Origin: a bacterium
GTDB lineage: Bacteria > Patescibacteriota > Minisyncoccia > Phycocordibacterales > UBA6899
Reading direction: 5' to 3'
Assembly (NCBI GenBank): GCA_043756865.1
Contig: JAYUQG010000024.1
Location: 91,259 to 155,258, forward strand
Length of the DNA stretch: 64,000 bases
Shown: positions 46,425 to 56,175 of the stretch, piece after piece
Position numbering within the stretch: the first letter of the stretch is position 1
How the letters are laid out: each line of letters opens with the position of its first letter
The notes under the pieces: generated by a model
What the model saw: only the letters and a program-made list of their open reading frames with translations
Told to the model about the DNA's origin: nothing
The model's database searches: none
Translations under genes and position numbers: made by a program

Positions 46425-46603
46425 ACTTAATGAAAAACATGCCACTTTTGCCCCATGCACACCATTCCCGCAAAACCCCTTTTCACCGTAATGCTATTAC
46501 GCCTCAAGGGTTTTTGCGCTTCATGGCAGCGCATGAGACAAAAGTCATCACGTTTGTTCTTGTTAAGTTAATTTAGAAAGAGCAGTAGTAAAACATAACT
46601 CAT

Positions 46604-47011
46604 ATGCCACAAATCACCGTTCACACAAGCGTAAACGCACCGGTGGAAAAAGTTTGGCAATATTACACGGAACCTATGCATGTCACGATGTGGAATAACG
46701 CCTCACCTGATTGGCACTCACCCCACGCAGAGAACGACTTGCGTGTCGGGGGCAACTTTAGCTTCAGAATGGAGGCGATGGACGGCAGTGCGGGATTTGA
46801 TTTTGCGGGGACATACACTGAAATAGTGCCCCTCCAAAAGATTGCATACACTTTTGGTGGCAGAAATGCATCTGTTTTATTTGCAGAACAAGGGGAAAAG
46901 ACCGACGTAACCATTGTGTTTGATGCAGAGTCTGAAAACTCCCTCGTAATGCAGCAAGACGGGTGGCAGGCGATTCTTGATAATTTCAAGAAGCATGTTG
47001 AAGCTGTGTAA
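46604..47011 (+). CDS. SRPBCC (AHSA1/START-like) domain protein
   Basis: The pattern ITVHTSVNAPVEKVWQYYTEP...GGNFSFRMEAMDGSAGFDFAGTYTEIVPLQKIAYTF is present. Confidence 0.8.
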   Translation: MPQITVHTSVNAPVEKVWQYYTEPMHVTMWNNASPDWHSPHAENDLRVGGNFSFRMEAMDGSAGFDFAGTYTEIVPLQKIAYTFGGRNASVLFAEQGEKTDVTIVFDAESENSLVMQQDGWQAILDNFKKHVEAV

Positions 47012-47060
47012 CCTGTTCTGTGCGTTGACAGCACCACAAAGCCATCTATCATGAACTGAG

Positions 47061-47717
47061 ATGTCCCCTGAAGGGAAGCGCATGAATACGCCCATTGCTC
47101 CTCGCCGCGACACTCAACCAAAGCGTACGCGCAAACCGCCACTTCGCTATGCGTTTGATCATCTTGCGATCGTGCTCGATGAGCAAACATATAGGGCATT
47201 GCGTCTGCGCCTGCCTATCCCAAAAGCGCGCGTCGCTTACGAAACACCGTATGTCGGAAACGATGCGGACGGCATGGAGACGTTCGTACTTCAGCGCGAT
47301 GACGTACGTATTGCATTTATGGTGGGAAGAGAAAAAGCAGCGGGTGCTGTTTCTCAGATCACACGGTACCAGATACGTTATGGAAATATGAAGCTCCAGC
47401 ACATCGCACTGCGCACAAATAACATCGAGCGCGCCGTGAGGGAATGGGAACGTGACGGACATCGTTTTCTCACCCGTTCCGCAGACGGCAAGCCTGCGAT
47501 ACTCAAGAGTGTAGATGAGCGTGGTGTGGTGTATCAGTGTTTTACCATGCCGATCGCGGACGGTCTGTTTTTTGAACTGAAGGAAGTATGCAAAAAAGAA
47601 CGCACACTTGTCGGCTTTCAGGAATTTCGAGACGACAACATTGAAGGCCTCTGGGGAGCCGTTGAACGCGAAATTCATGACGGCGAAGATCGATTCTGGC
47701 AGTACACTCTTTTTTGA
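47061..47717 (+). CDS. VOC-superfamily protein resembling the C-terminal module of 4-hydroxyphenylpyruvate dioxygenase
   Basis: The pattern LQHIALRTNNIERAVREWERDGHRFL...VVYQCFTMPIADGLFFELKEV...GFQEFRDDNIEGLWGAVEREI is present. A terminator follows. ATG 47082 is an alternative start. Confidence 0.6.
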   Translation: MSPEGKRMNTPIAPRRDTQPKRTRKPPLRYAFDHLAIVLDEQTYRALRLRLPIPKARVAYETPYVGNDADGMETFVLQRDDVRIAFMVGREKAAGAVSQITRYQIRYGNMKLQHIALRTNNIERAVREWERDGHRFLTRSADGKPAILKSVDERGVVYQCFTMPIADGLFFELKEVCKKERTLVGFQEFRDDNIEGLWGAVEREIHDGEDRFWQYTLF

Positions 47718-47723
47718 CTCCCT

Positions 47724-47752
47724 CCCGCCATCTTGCGCACGGCGGGTTTTTT
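47724..47752 (+). terminator. rho-independent terminator
   Basis: cccgcc-11 nt loop-ggcggg followed by tttttt. Confidence 0.65.
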
Positions 47753-47853
47753 ATACGTTTTTAAAAATCGTATAGGAACGGATTGCATTTGAAGCCCACT
47801 TCAATTGCGCATGCGTGGGCGCACTTGCTATGTAGCTGATAGAATAAGCATAT

Positions 47854-48045
47854 ATGAATCCGAAACTCACATATTTTTCAACCGCGATTATCTTGTCGCT
47901 TTTTATTTTAGTACTCGCAATGTTTGCAGGGTCAGCTTTAAAGGAACCGCAATTATTTTGGCTAGGTACAGTAGCCGTTATTTTTTGTGTTAATCTCGTG
48001 TGCTACATGCTGAGTCGGCGCGCCGCAAAGAAAAAAGCAAAGTGA
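47854..48045 (+). CDS. small two-TM membrane protein (63 aa)
   Basis: The ORF has two hydrophobic helices and a K-rich C-terminus. Confidence 0.45.
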   Translation: MNPKLTYFSTAIILSLFILVLAMFAGSALKEPQLFWLGTVAVIFCVNLVCYMLSRRAAKKKAK

Positions 48046-48174
48046 CTGCCGCTATTTCCAGCTGTGCACCGCAATTACAGTTTTAATGCACCCACACCAT
48101 CCTCTTTGAGTCTGGGCGCTTTTCATTCAAAACACATCTTGAAGGGGTAACGTGAAGGCATAAACGCAAAACAT

Positions 48175-48378
48175 ATGTCCAAACCCAAAATCACCGCACA
48201 GTCACAAGTGGTATTGGATACTTGCGCAAAAAAACTCGATGAGGCGGGGATAGAAGTCTCACACACGGAATACAAGGGAGTCTTTCATGAATTCTTTGGG
48301 ATGATAGGAGCTATCGATGAGGCGAGCGATGCCCTCGCCGAAGCAGCGAGGCGTTTGAATGTGGTATTTGGACAATAA
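48175..48378 (+). pseudogene. C-terminal fragment of an alpha/beta-hydrolase-fold-3 esterase/lipase
   Basis: The 67 aa ORF ...CAKKLDEAGIEVSHTEYKGVFHEFFGMIGAIDEA... matches only the last ~60 residues (catalytic His region, HxF) of ~300 aa esterases. Confidence 0.5.
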
Positions 48379-48426
48379 GCAATCTTCATATTCCGGACTT
48401 TTTGCCGGAGTGTTATACTAGCTCAC

Positions 48427-48852
48427 ATGGACCAAAATTACACATTGATACTCTTGGCTACGGTCGCCCAGTTTATCTTGGGAGCGATGTGGTATTCGCC
48501 GCTTATGTTCGGGAAGTGGTGGATGGAAATCATGGAAAGCACTCATTTATCAAAAGAAGAATTGCAGAAGATACAAAAAGCAATGGCGCCATTCTATGGC
48601 CTGCAATTTTTGCTGACTGTACTCTCTACGTTTGTCCTTTCCCTGTTTATTCATTACCTTCAGATGGCGAACGTTGGTTTTTACGCATACGGCATCGCGG
48701 GGTGGGTGTGGCTCGGTTTTATAGTACCCAGCCAAGTGGCTGGTGTGGTGTGGGCGAATACAAAACAAAAATATTGGGTGAAACAAATTTTTGTGATGAC
48801 CAGCTATTCGTTGGTGGCGATGATGATTGCCGCATGGATATTGTCGCAATAG
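48427..48852 (+). CDS. DUF1761 family membrane protein
   Basis: The N-terminus LILLATVAQFILGAMWYSPLMFGKWWME is characteristic of the family. Confidence 0.7.
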   Translation: MDQNYTLILLATVAQFILGAMWYSPLMFGKWWMEIMESTHLSKEELQKIQKAMAPFYGLQFLLTVLSTFVLSLFIHYLQMANVGFYAYGIAGWVWLGFIVPSQVAGVVWANTKQKYWVKQIFVMTSYSLVAMMIAAWILSQ

Positions 48853-48885
48853 TATCGCAGTAGTAGTATAAATTAAGTACTGAGT

Positions 48886-49080
48886 ATGATCGAAGAAACA
48901 GAGAATGAAGTAAGCACAGAGGCTCCACAAGAAAACAGTCGAGAACTGGGTGATTCACTTGTACCCGACGCTGGTCCCAGTCCTGTTGGCGAAGATACAA
49001 AACTGGGCAGCGGCATCCTTGTCATGGCACTTGTTGGAGTTGCGGTAATTGTGTATGTCTTGTTAATTCAGTCCAATTAA
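48886..49080 (+). CDS. small C-terminally membrane-anchored acidic protein (64 aa)
   Basis: The call rests on the ORF and one C-terminal TM helix. Confidence 0.4.
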   Translation: MIEETENEVSTEAPQENSRELGDSLVPDAGPSPVGEDTKLGSGILVMALVGVAVIVYVLLIQSN

Positions 49081-49120
49081 TGCCATCCCCAACTAATCAT
49101 CTTATAAAAAACTCCTCACT

Positions 49121-49708
49121 ATGTTACATATATATCTCGTACGACACGGCGAGGACCAAGACAATATGCACGGGGTATTGAATGGCCGCAGGGATCAATC
49201 ACTGACGTTGCGCGGTGAAGCGCAGGCTATGAGCGCTGCAAAGCAACTACGCGCACTGGATATACCTTTTGCTGTTGTATACACATCACCACTTGTGCGT
49301 GCCGTCAAAACTGCGGAAATTATTACCAATGAGCTTCGCGCGAAAAGGGCGGAGATACTCTCGGACCTTATTGAGAGAGATTTTGGAGTGATGACTGGGG
49401 AATTGGTTACACGAATTCCCGAATTGTGTGGGCCGAACATTCTCGTGACAGAAAAGAATACATATTTTCTCTCTGCAAAAAAAGCAGAGGCATTTCCTCA
49501 GATGATGACACGGGCACGCCGATTGCTAAAACGCATTGCCTTACGTACGCCGAATGGAGCGGTTATTCTGGTTACTCATGGCGATATCGGGAAGATGATT
49601 TACGCGAGTTACTACGAGTTAGACTGGAAAGAAGTGCTCGAATCGTTACATTTCGACAATTGCGATGTTCTGCTCCTTTCGCCAGATGCAGACCTCGACG
49701 AACCTTAG
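49121..49708 (+). CDS. histidine phosphatase (phosphoglycerate-mutase-like) family protein
   Basis: The RHG motif (LVRHGE) and the distal LVTHGD motif are present. Confidence 0.8.
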   Translation: MLHIYLVRHGEDQDNMHGVLNGRRDQSLTLRGEAQAMSAAKQLRALDIPFAVVYTSPLVRAVKTAEIITNELRAKRAEILSDLIERDFGVMTGELVTRIPELCGPNILVTEKNTYFLSAKKAEAFPQMMTRARRLLKRIALRTPNGAVILVTHGDIGKMIYASYYELDWKEVLESLHFDNCDVLLLSPDADLDEP

Positions 49709-49866
49709 AGCCTATCCCAGCAGGAACTTTCCTGCTGCAACACGCGATCTTCAATAAAAACACGCAAAACCTTTGTCGTCTTGTCTCGACAAGCCTTCGC
49801 AGGTTTTGCATGTTTTTATAATAAAGCTCTCGCGTTTCGCTACGGAGGTCCTACTGGGATAGGCTC
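49708..49866. repeat. ~159 nt nested palindromic element (MITE-like or large RNA hairpin) containing a bidirectional terminator
   Basis: The outer 14-bp inverted repeat is perfect: agagcctatcccag / ctgggataggctct. The inner 17-nt arms aaaaacacgcaaaacct / aggttttgcatgttttt match at 16/17. A small hairpin caggaa-cttt-cctg is also present. Confidence 0.55.
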
Positions 49867-49950
49867 TTATGTGTTCATGCAGGAAGACCGCAATAACTAG
49901 TCCGCACATCCCGTTTCTGCTAATTGCTAAAGTGCGTATAATAGCCACAT

Positions 49951-50502
49951 ATGCAAAAAGTCACACTCAGCGCACTTGTATTCTTACTCGTGCTTTTCCC
50001 GTACTCCGCAAGCGCACACGGAGCAGGGGAGAGTATCCAAGTTGAGCACAACGGATACACGCTTTCGCTCGGTTCTGCTGCGGAATTTGTCACCGCTGCC
50101 GCCGCTGAGCGACTAAATTTGGAAATTGAGACAGTGGGCGATGAGGATTTTCAGGGATATACCGGCGTGTGGGTGCGCATCGTCGACCCAAGCGGTGAGT
50201 TTCTTTTTGCAGGAACAATCGACAAGGCACCTACGGGGCTGTTGACCGGTATGACTTTTTTCTTTCCTGTATCTGGAACATACGATATGACACTGCGATT
50301 TATGGACGATGAAAAAGTCATTGCAGAGGGACAATTCCCGCTTCCAGTCCGCGACAGCAAAGTCTCAGCTGGGGGCACAAAAGAGAATGGGGAAAGTGGT
50401 AAGATGCTGCCGTTGTATTTTTTTGTTTCTGGTTTGGGGGGTCTCATCATCGGACTACTGTTTGCCGTGCGGTTACGCAAGTCAGCACTTACACAAAAGT
50501 AA
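49951..50502 (+). CDS. secreted hypothetical protein with a C-terminal TM anchor
   Basis: It has a signal peptide ...PYSASAHG and a beta-rich domain. It lies upstream of the DUF411 gene. Confidence 0.55.
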   Translation: MQKVTLSALVFLLVLFPYSASAHGAGESIQVEHNGYTLSLGSAAEFVTAAAAERLNLEIETVGDEDFQGYTGVWVRIVDPSGEFLFAGTIDKAPTGLLTGMTFFFPVSGTYDMTLRFMDDEKVIAEGQFPLPVRDSKVSAGGTKENGESGKMLPLYFFVSGLGGLIIGLLFAVRLRKSALTQK

Positions 50503-50510
50503 TTTCTATC

Positions 50511-51212
50511 ATGATTATTCAACGATACTTTTTCGCCCTCATGAGTGTGGTTTGTGTCAGCGTCCCGAGCGCCGTGTTTGCGCACGGTGGCGAGCATCCC
50601 ATGATGATGACTGAGCCACGGTACGCAGCCTACCTCTTGCCGGCGAGCGCCATCTTTGCGGGGTGCATTATTGGCGGGCTTTTGTTTGCGAAAACTCGTT
50701 CAAAAAAAGATGCCGGTATGCTCGGCCTTATCTCCGCACTTGTTGTGTTGATAGTCAGTCCGATGGTGTTCCCGCAATTGGGTAGTACGCCACATGACAT
50801 GAGCACTATGGCACCGATCGGAATGACTCCTGTGGGACAAATACTGTTGGGGTCTACTGCGACCGTGTATCGTTCACCTGGATGCGGTTGCTGTGGAGGA
50901 TATATAGAGGAGCTTAAGGCTGCGGGGGCTGCCGTCACCGAGACACAAGTGACGGATGCGGAGCTGGCTCTATTAAAACAGAAGCATAACGTTCCAAATG
51001 AGTTATATAGTTGCCACACAAGCATCATTGACGGATACGTCGTTGAGGGTCATGTGCCTTTTGAGGCAGTCGCCAAACTCTTGAAAGAGAAACCTACTAT
51101 ATCAGGAATCGCACTCCCGGGGATGCCGATTGGAACACCCGGGATGCCGGGCACGAAGACGAAACCCTTTGAAATTAAAACACTTTCAGGGGAAGAGTTC
51201 ATGAATCTTTAA
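50511..51212 (+). CDS. DUF411 (CopG-like) metal-binding protein with N-terminal TM region
   Basis: The motif SPGCGCCGGYIEELK...CHTSIIDGYVVEGHVP...GMPIGTPGM is present. Confidence 0.8.
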   Translation: MIIQRYFFALMSVVCVSVPSAVFAHGGEHPMMMTEPRYAAYLLPASAIFAGCIIGGLLFAKTRSKKDAGMLGLISALVVLIVSPMVFPQLGSTPHDMSTMAPIGMTPVGQILLGSTATVYRSPGCGCCGGYIEELKAAGAAVTETQVTDAELALLKQKHNVPNELYSCHTSIIDGYVVEGHVPFEAVAKLLKEKPTISGIALPGMPIGTPGMPGTKTKPFEIKTLSGEEFMNL

Positions 51213-51261
51213 TTAAATAGGTTCGTTCAGGGCACGGTATTCAAATGCTATAATAAGTTTA

Positions 51262-52467
51262 ATGAAAAAAATCCTCCTTATCCTTGTGGGAATAGTGCTC
51301 CTCGTTCTCCTTGGGGCCGCACTCTTTGTTTGGTACACCTACGGCAGTATTAATGTTCCTCGCAAGAGTGGCACTCCCGCCACCGCAGGAGCATTCACTG
51401 TCCCAGCAGGTTTTGCGTTCACGGAATTTTCGGGTGACGTGCCTCACGCACGCACGATGGCTATTGCACCGCGGGGAGTGCTTATTGTGGCGCAACCAGC
51501 AGAGGGGATTATTTCCGCACTTCCAGATGCGGACGGAAACCACAAGGCGGAAACACCGGTCATCGTTGTGGAAGGACTTAATCATCCGCATGGCCTCGCG
51601 TTTCGTTGTGTAAATATTGAAACACCTGACGTGTGCAACCTCTATGTAGCCGAACACGATGCACTGAGTGTGTTTACGTACGACGCAGCAACTATGCGTG
51701 CAACAAACAAACAGCATCTCCTCGACCTTCCTGTGTCGAAAGCAATAGGTGCACACAAAACACGTTCGCTCCTTTTTCTTCCGTCACCAAATGAGGATGA
51801 ACTCCTCATTGCGCTCGGCTCCACATGCAATGTGTGCGAAGAAGATGACGAACGTTTTGCGGCGGTGCTTAAATACAACATCAAATCAAAGAAAGTGGAG
51901 CAGTATGCGTCGGGACTCCGAAATGCAGTATATATGACACTCCACCCCGTCACTGGGGCAGTGTGGGCTACTGAGATGGGACGCGATGGGTTGGGTGACG
52001 ACTTGCCTCCAGACGAAGTAAATATTGTGCAGGAAGGTGCATGGTATGGATGGCCGTGGTTTTATGGAAAAAATACTGAGGACATGACGTTTCATCCGAA
52101 TATGCGCCCAAGCTTTGGGCAAATGGCAGCAGAAAGTCTTGTTGATATTCCTGCACACTCCGCACCCCTTGGCATCGGGTTTATACCAGAGGAAGGCTGG
52201 CCTGAGGAATATTGGTTTAATGCGCTTGTGGCTTACCATGGGTCGTGGAATAGAAGTACTCCAACGGGATACAAGGTTGTGCGCATGATGTTTGATCAAG
52301 CGGGAACATACAAGGGTGAAGTAGATTTTATTACCGGTTGGTTGGGTGCTGACGGAAAAACTATTGGCAGGCCCGCTGATGTGCTTGTGCTTTCAGGGGG
52401 CACAATGTATGTGTCCGACGACCAAGCAGGGAAGGTATACGTCCTCACGAACGCTCGAGGAGAGTAA
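51262..52467 (+). CDS. PQQ-dependent sugar (glucose/sorbosone) dehydrogenase-like beta-propeller protein
   Basis: An N-terminal anchor is followed by ...GRDGLGDDLPPDEVNIV..GAWYGWPWFYG...AYHGSWNRS. Confidence 0.7.
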   Translation: MKKILLILVGIVLLVLLGAALFVWYTYGSINVPRKSGTPATAGAFTVPAGFAFTEFSGDVPHARTMAIAPRGVLIVAQPAEGIISALPDADGNHKAETPVIVVEGLNHPHGLAFRCVNIETPDVCNLYVAEHDALSVFTYDAATMRATNKQHLLDLPVSKAIGAHKTRSLLFLPSPNEDELLIALGSTCNVCEEDDERFAAVLKYNIKSKKVEQYASGLRNAVYMTLHPVTGAVWATEMGRDGLGDDLPPDEVNIVQEGAWYGWPWFYGKNTEDMTFHPNMRPSFGQMAAESLVDIPAHSAPLGIGFIPEEGWPEEYWFNALVAYHGSWNRSTPTGYKVVRMMFDQAGTYKGEVDFITGWLGADGKTIGRPADVLVLSGGTMYVSDDQAGKVYVLTNARGE

Positions 52468-52514
52468 TCGTATCCTGTATTGTCATCCGATACGAGACTG
52501 GTAACATAGAACGT

Positions 52515-53858
52515 ATGCACAAAGCCTTCACCTGCGTACTTGGCGTGTTCGTACTATTCTCAGGAACAGTGGTTTATGCACAAGCAGGAGACGGTACTTC
52601 GGGAGGACTCCCTCCTCGCGATTCTTCGGCAGCAACAACTTCAACGGGACAAACGTCACCGACGGGCGACCCCAAACCCGATACTACCCCTTCTCCCGCG
52701 CCCGCAAGCAGCACGCCCCCTTTAGCTGTAGCATCTTCCACCGCTTCCACCCCACCGAGTACTCCCACCGGAAATGCTGTGGCCACCACCTCACCAGCGA
52801 CATTCCCAGTAACGCAAGAGGCACTTCCTGACCCCCAAGTATTCCCCCCGTTCATAGCGCCAATCAGTCACCCTTCTCCTCTCGACCCTCTTGAAGCGAA
52901 CACGGGGGAAAACATCAGCATGTTGCTTTCAATTGTTCTCGCAGGAGCCACTTTTTCGTTGATCGGCGGAGTTCTCGTTGCTGCACGAGCAAAAAAGAAA
53001 ATACCCAAAAGCGACCCATGTGGTGCATTACAAAAAAAGCTCGAACTTGCGCAGTCCGCGCACGAAATGGTTACGGAGCGCATCAGCATGCAGGAGCGAA
53101 TTATTACGCAACTAGAGCGTTCGATAGTTGAAGTGAGAGACGCACTCAAAGGAAAGATACAGGCACAGGTGCGACATGTCGCAGTCAAGATGACGACAGA
53201 AATATTGGAAGCAGAAAAAAGTGGAATACTGGAAGAGTCACTCGCCCTCGCAGGAGAAGCCAAAGTGGCATATGAGCAACTCTCAAAGCGATATAAGCAG
53301 GCGAAAGAATTGATGGAAATACTACAGGCGCGAGCGCATGGACTTTCCAACGAGGTCCGCGAACAGCAAGCACTACTGCAGATTTGCCAAGATGGTGTTG
53401 CTGCACTCACCACGAATCAAGGTGGCGGAGAAAAAATCGCAACTATCGGACACGTGCCCGAAGAAAAAACCATTCTGGTTGACGCGATTGATGCATTTGT
53501 AACCGACGAGGGCATTTTCCGCGAAATGTATGACCTACTCGAGACATACCCACACAGGAAAATTCTACTGACGGGTGCAAATGACGAGCAATGTGCAAAG
53601 TTCAGTTTAGGACTGATGCCCTATGAAGTGTTTACGCAGAAGCACAATCCGGAAAAGACCGACCCCCAATATTATGAACTTATGCTCCGCAATTTTGGTT
53701 TATCGAAAGACGATGTCATTTATTTTGAGCACAACGAGCAGGCCGCGCAAAGCGCAATATCGGTGGGGATTCCGACGTATCATTACGACAGCGCAACCCG
53801 AGACCTGCAATCACTGAAGCAATTTCTTGACACACAGTTAACTTCTCCAATTTTATGA
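52515..53858 (+). CDS. composite membrane protein: signal peptide, P/T/S-rich region, TM helix, coiled coil, C-terminal HAD-like domain
   Basis: The parts are the low-complexity PTGDPKPDTTPSPAPASSTPP region, the TM helix LLSIVLAGATFSLIGGVLVAA, and the C-terminal ...KILLTGANDEQ...KTDPQYYELMLRNFGLSKDDVIYFEHNEQAAQSAISVGI. HAD motif I looks degenerate (VDAIDAF). Confidence 0.5.
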   Translation: MHKAFTCVLGVFVLFSGTVVYAQAGDGTSGGLPPRDSSAATTSTGQTSPTGDPKPDTTPSPAPASSTPPLAVASSTASTPPSTPTGNAVATTSPATFPVTQEALPDPQVFPPFIAPISHPSPLDPLEANTGENISMLLSIVLAGATFSLIGGVLVAARAKKKIPKSDPCGALQKKLELAQSAHEMVTERISMQERIITQLERSIVEVRDALKGKIQAQVRHVAVKMTTEILEAEKSGILEESLALAGEAKVAYEQLSKRYKQAKELMEILQARAHGLSNEVREQQALLQICQDGVAALTTNQGGGEKIATIGHVPEEKTILVDAIDAFVTDEGIFREMYDLLETYPHRKILLTGANDEQCAKFSLGLMPYEVFTQKHNPEKTDPQYYELMLRNFGLSKDDVIYFEHNEQAAQSAISVGIPTYHYDSATRDLQSLKQFLDTQLTSPIL

Positions 53859-54040
53859 AAGATGTAGTTGTTATTTTGGGTGTGGAATAAATGTGGACGG
53901 CTCATTGCCTGAGTTGCCTCGGCGATGCGTCGACAAAGGAATTAGCTTCTGTAATGCCCATGACACTGCTAATATGATTAACATCAGGTACCATAAGAAG
54001 GGCGTTCTCGCTTGGTGAGCAGAGTGTTACCATAAGACAT

Positions 54041-54334
54041 ATGACAAACAGCGCAACCAATAACGCACCCACCGTCTCCATTCAAAAGCTCTCTGACGCA
54101 GAGCTTCGCGAGCGGGGAGTTTTCAATTGGGAGATATGGGAGAAAGAGGTCTCCGAATTTGCATATCATTACGACTCGGAAGAGCAATGTTATTTTCTTG
54201 CTGGGGATGTGGTGGTGACCACTGAGGAGGCAACGTATGCATTCGGAAAAGGAGATTTTGTGGTGTTCCCCAAAGGACTTTCCTGCACTTGGCACATTCG
54301 CGAGGCGGTACGCAAGCACTATCGCTTTGTGTAG
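54041..54334 (+). CDS. cupin domain protein (DUF861 / cupin_3)
   Basis: The pattern WEIWEKEVSEFAYHYDSEEQCYFLAGDVVVT...GDFVVFPKGLSCTWHIREAVRKHYRF is present. Confidence 0.75.
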   Translation: MTNSATNNAPTVSIQKLSDAELRERGVFNWEIWEKEVSEFAYHYDSEEQCYFLAGDVVVTTEEATYAFGKGDFVVFPKGLSCTWHIREAVRKHYRFV

Positions 54335-54413
54335 CACACCCCATCTCCTAGGCCACTTTACGCTCGGGCGGTACAATACTATACATCATTACATAAGCGT
54401 ACTGTCCCAATCT

Positions 54414-55307
54414 GTGAATAAACAATATCTTATTTTTGGAGCAATCGGCGTAATCGTGCTCGCCACAGGGGGATTCCTGTTGATGCAAAAGGGAAACGCT
54501 ACGGGTGGAGTTGCTAATTCGGTGACGCAGGGCATGGCAAAGCTTTTTAATGCAGAGTGTCGATATAATGACGCCGAGCTGTGTAAGTTTATGAATGACT
54601 GGGAAATGCCCACAGAGTATGCGATGCGCTTGACCATGACTTCAAAGGGCGGGCCCAAAACAGAATTTGAAAGCATAATAAAGGGTGAGGATTCCCACAC
54701 TACTATGAAGGAATCGGGGAAGGTAATCCAAGAGTTGATTACGCTATCAGGAGTCGACTACATCAAAGACTTGAGTGATGGGAAGTGGTGGAAGGTTCCC
54801 AAGGAAAAGGCGACGGAGACACCAGCTGAAGACATGATAGAGGTGGACTATGACTTTACTGAGAAAATGCAAGAAGTGGAGGACAAGACAACATATGTAC
54901 GTATTGGAATGGACGCGTGCGGATCTGCCCAGTGTTACAAATATGAGGTGGTTGATCCCGCAAACAAAACATTAAAAGAATTTATTTGGTTCGATGACGA
55001 AGACTACCTCATGCGCAAGAAGCGCTCTGAGGAGATTGGCGGAGAAATGTCTGTGTCGGAAGTTGAGAACACATACGGCAACATGACTATTGTGACGCCT
55101 GCCCCAGTGAAGGAAGGCACCGCACTTGATGTGTATGGTGCATCTTCCGGCATGAGCAAGGCAGAGATTGAACAAATGAAGAAAGACCAAGTTGAGGCTG
55201 AAAAAGAAGCTGCCTCGTATATGAAAATGATGAACAATCCAAGCGCGAGTGGAGATATGCAAATGCAGTGGGGTACATCGCCTGACATGCCTCAGGATGC
55301 TCCTTAG
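54414..55307 (+). CDS. membrane-anchored secreted hypothetical protein
   Basis: GTG at 54414 gives (M)NKQYLIFGAIGVIVLATGGFLL. The upstream part of the tracked ORF overlaps the cupin gene. Confidence 0.5.
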   Translation: MNKQYLIFGAIGVIVLATGGFLLMQKGNATGGVANSVTQGMAKLFNAECRYNDAELCKFMNDWEMPTEYAMRLTMTSKGGPKTEFESIIKGEDSHTTMKESGKVIQELITLSGVDYIKDLSDGKWWKVPKEKATETPAEDMIEVDYDFTEKMQEVEDKTTYVRIGMDACGSAQCYKYEVVDPANKTLKEFIWFDDEDYLMRKKRSEEIGGEMSVSEVENTYGNMTIVTPAPVKEGTALDVYGASSGMSKAEIEQMKKDQVEAEKEAASYMKMMNNPSASGDMQMQWGTSPDMPQDAP

Positions 55308-55443
55308 CAGGAGATGGCCTACTGGGGGAGTGGGAGCACGAGGTTATGTAAATGCGAAATACGAAAAAGTCGCAAGTGTTCCGTGCTCCTTGCCCGATTC
55401 CTTGCCGGTCTATATGCTTTGAGTAGAAGTTAACGGAGTATCC

Positions 55444-56041
55444 ATGAACATTATTCTTTCTAGTCGGAACAAAAGCAAAATTCTCCAAATTAAAGCCGCC
55501 CTGGACGGCCTCGGGGTAGATGTCCTCTCACTTGAAGACGCGGGCATCGTAGGCGAGGCTGTCGAGGATGGGACAACACTTCATGAGAATGCACTCAAAA
55601 AGGCGCTTTTCGCTCACCAACAAACAGGGGGGGTGGGTAGTTGCCGAGGACACTGGTTTCTTCATTGACGCCTTGGGTGGCAGGCCCGGTATTTATGCCG
55701 CACGGTGGGCTGGTGATGGGCTTACAACCGAAGAAATTATGCACTACACACTTCGTGAACTGAAAGACATTCCTGAAGAAGCCCGCACGGCAACATTCAC
55801 CACCGTCGCGGTACTCGTATCTCCCGAAGGAGTTGTTTCTGTCTTTACAGGTTCGGTTCTCGGAAGTCTGCTCACAAGTCCACGGACGGAATGTCAACCG
55901 AATATGCCGTACAGCGCACTATTTATGCCGAGTGGCACGAACAAAGTTTGGGCGGAAATGGAAGTCGCAGAAGAGAACGCCATTAGTCACCGTGGTAAAG
56001 CGTTTCGTCAGGTACGCGACTACCTGAGTGAGATACTCTAG
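55444..56041 (+). pseudogene. rdgB: dITP/XTP pyrophosphatase (RdgB/HAM1 family) interrupted by a frameshift in a G7 run
   Basis: ORF 55444..55668 gives the N-terminal part MNIILSSRNKSKILQIK... ORF 55568..56041 gives ...WVVAEDTGFFIDALGGRPGIYAARWAG...ISHRGKAF. Deleting one G in 55627-55633 restores a single frame. Confidence 0.75.
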
Positions 56042-56175
56042 CGCTCAAAAGACATGCGAATGCATGTCTGTTTATTTACAGACGCGATAGCCGTGGAGTA
56101 CAATCAGCACACGAGTATCCACCTCAAATAATCACAGCAAGGTCATTTCCTTTTTCTTCACGTACTACCCGAATT

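Noticed and set aside
45919-46491. ORF 45919..46491 (190 aa); similarly 48402..48863 and 47049..47678(-)
   Set aside because: They are out-of-frame or antisense overlaps of clearly recognisable genes (PhnB-like VOC, DUF1761, HPPD-like VOC). Their translations are Cys/His/Arg-rich and not family-like.
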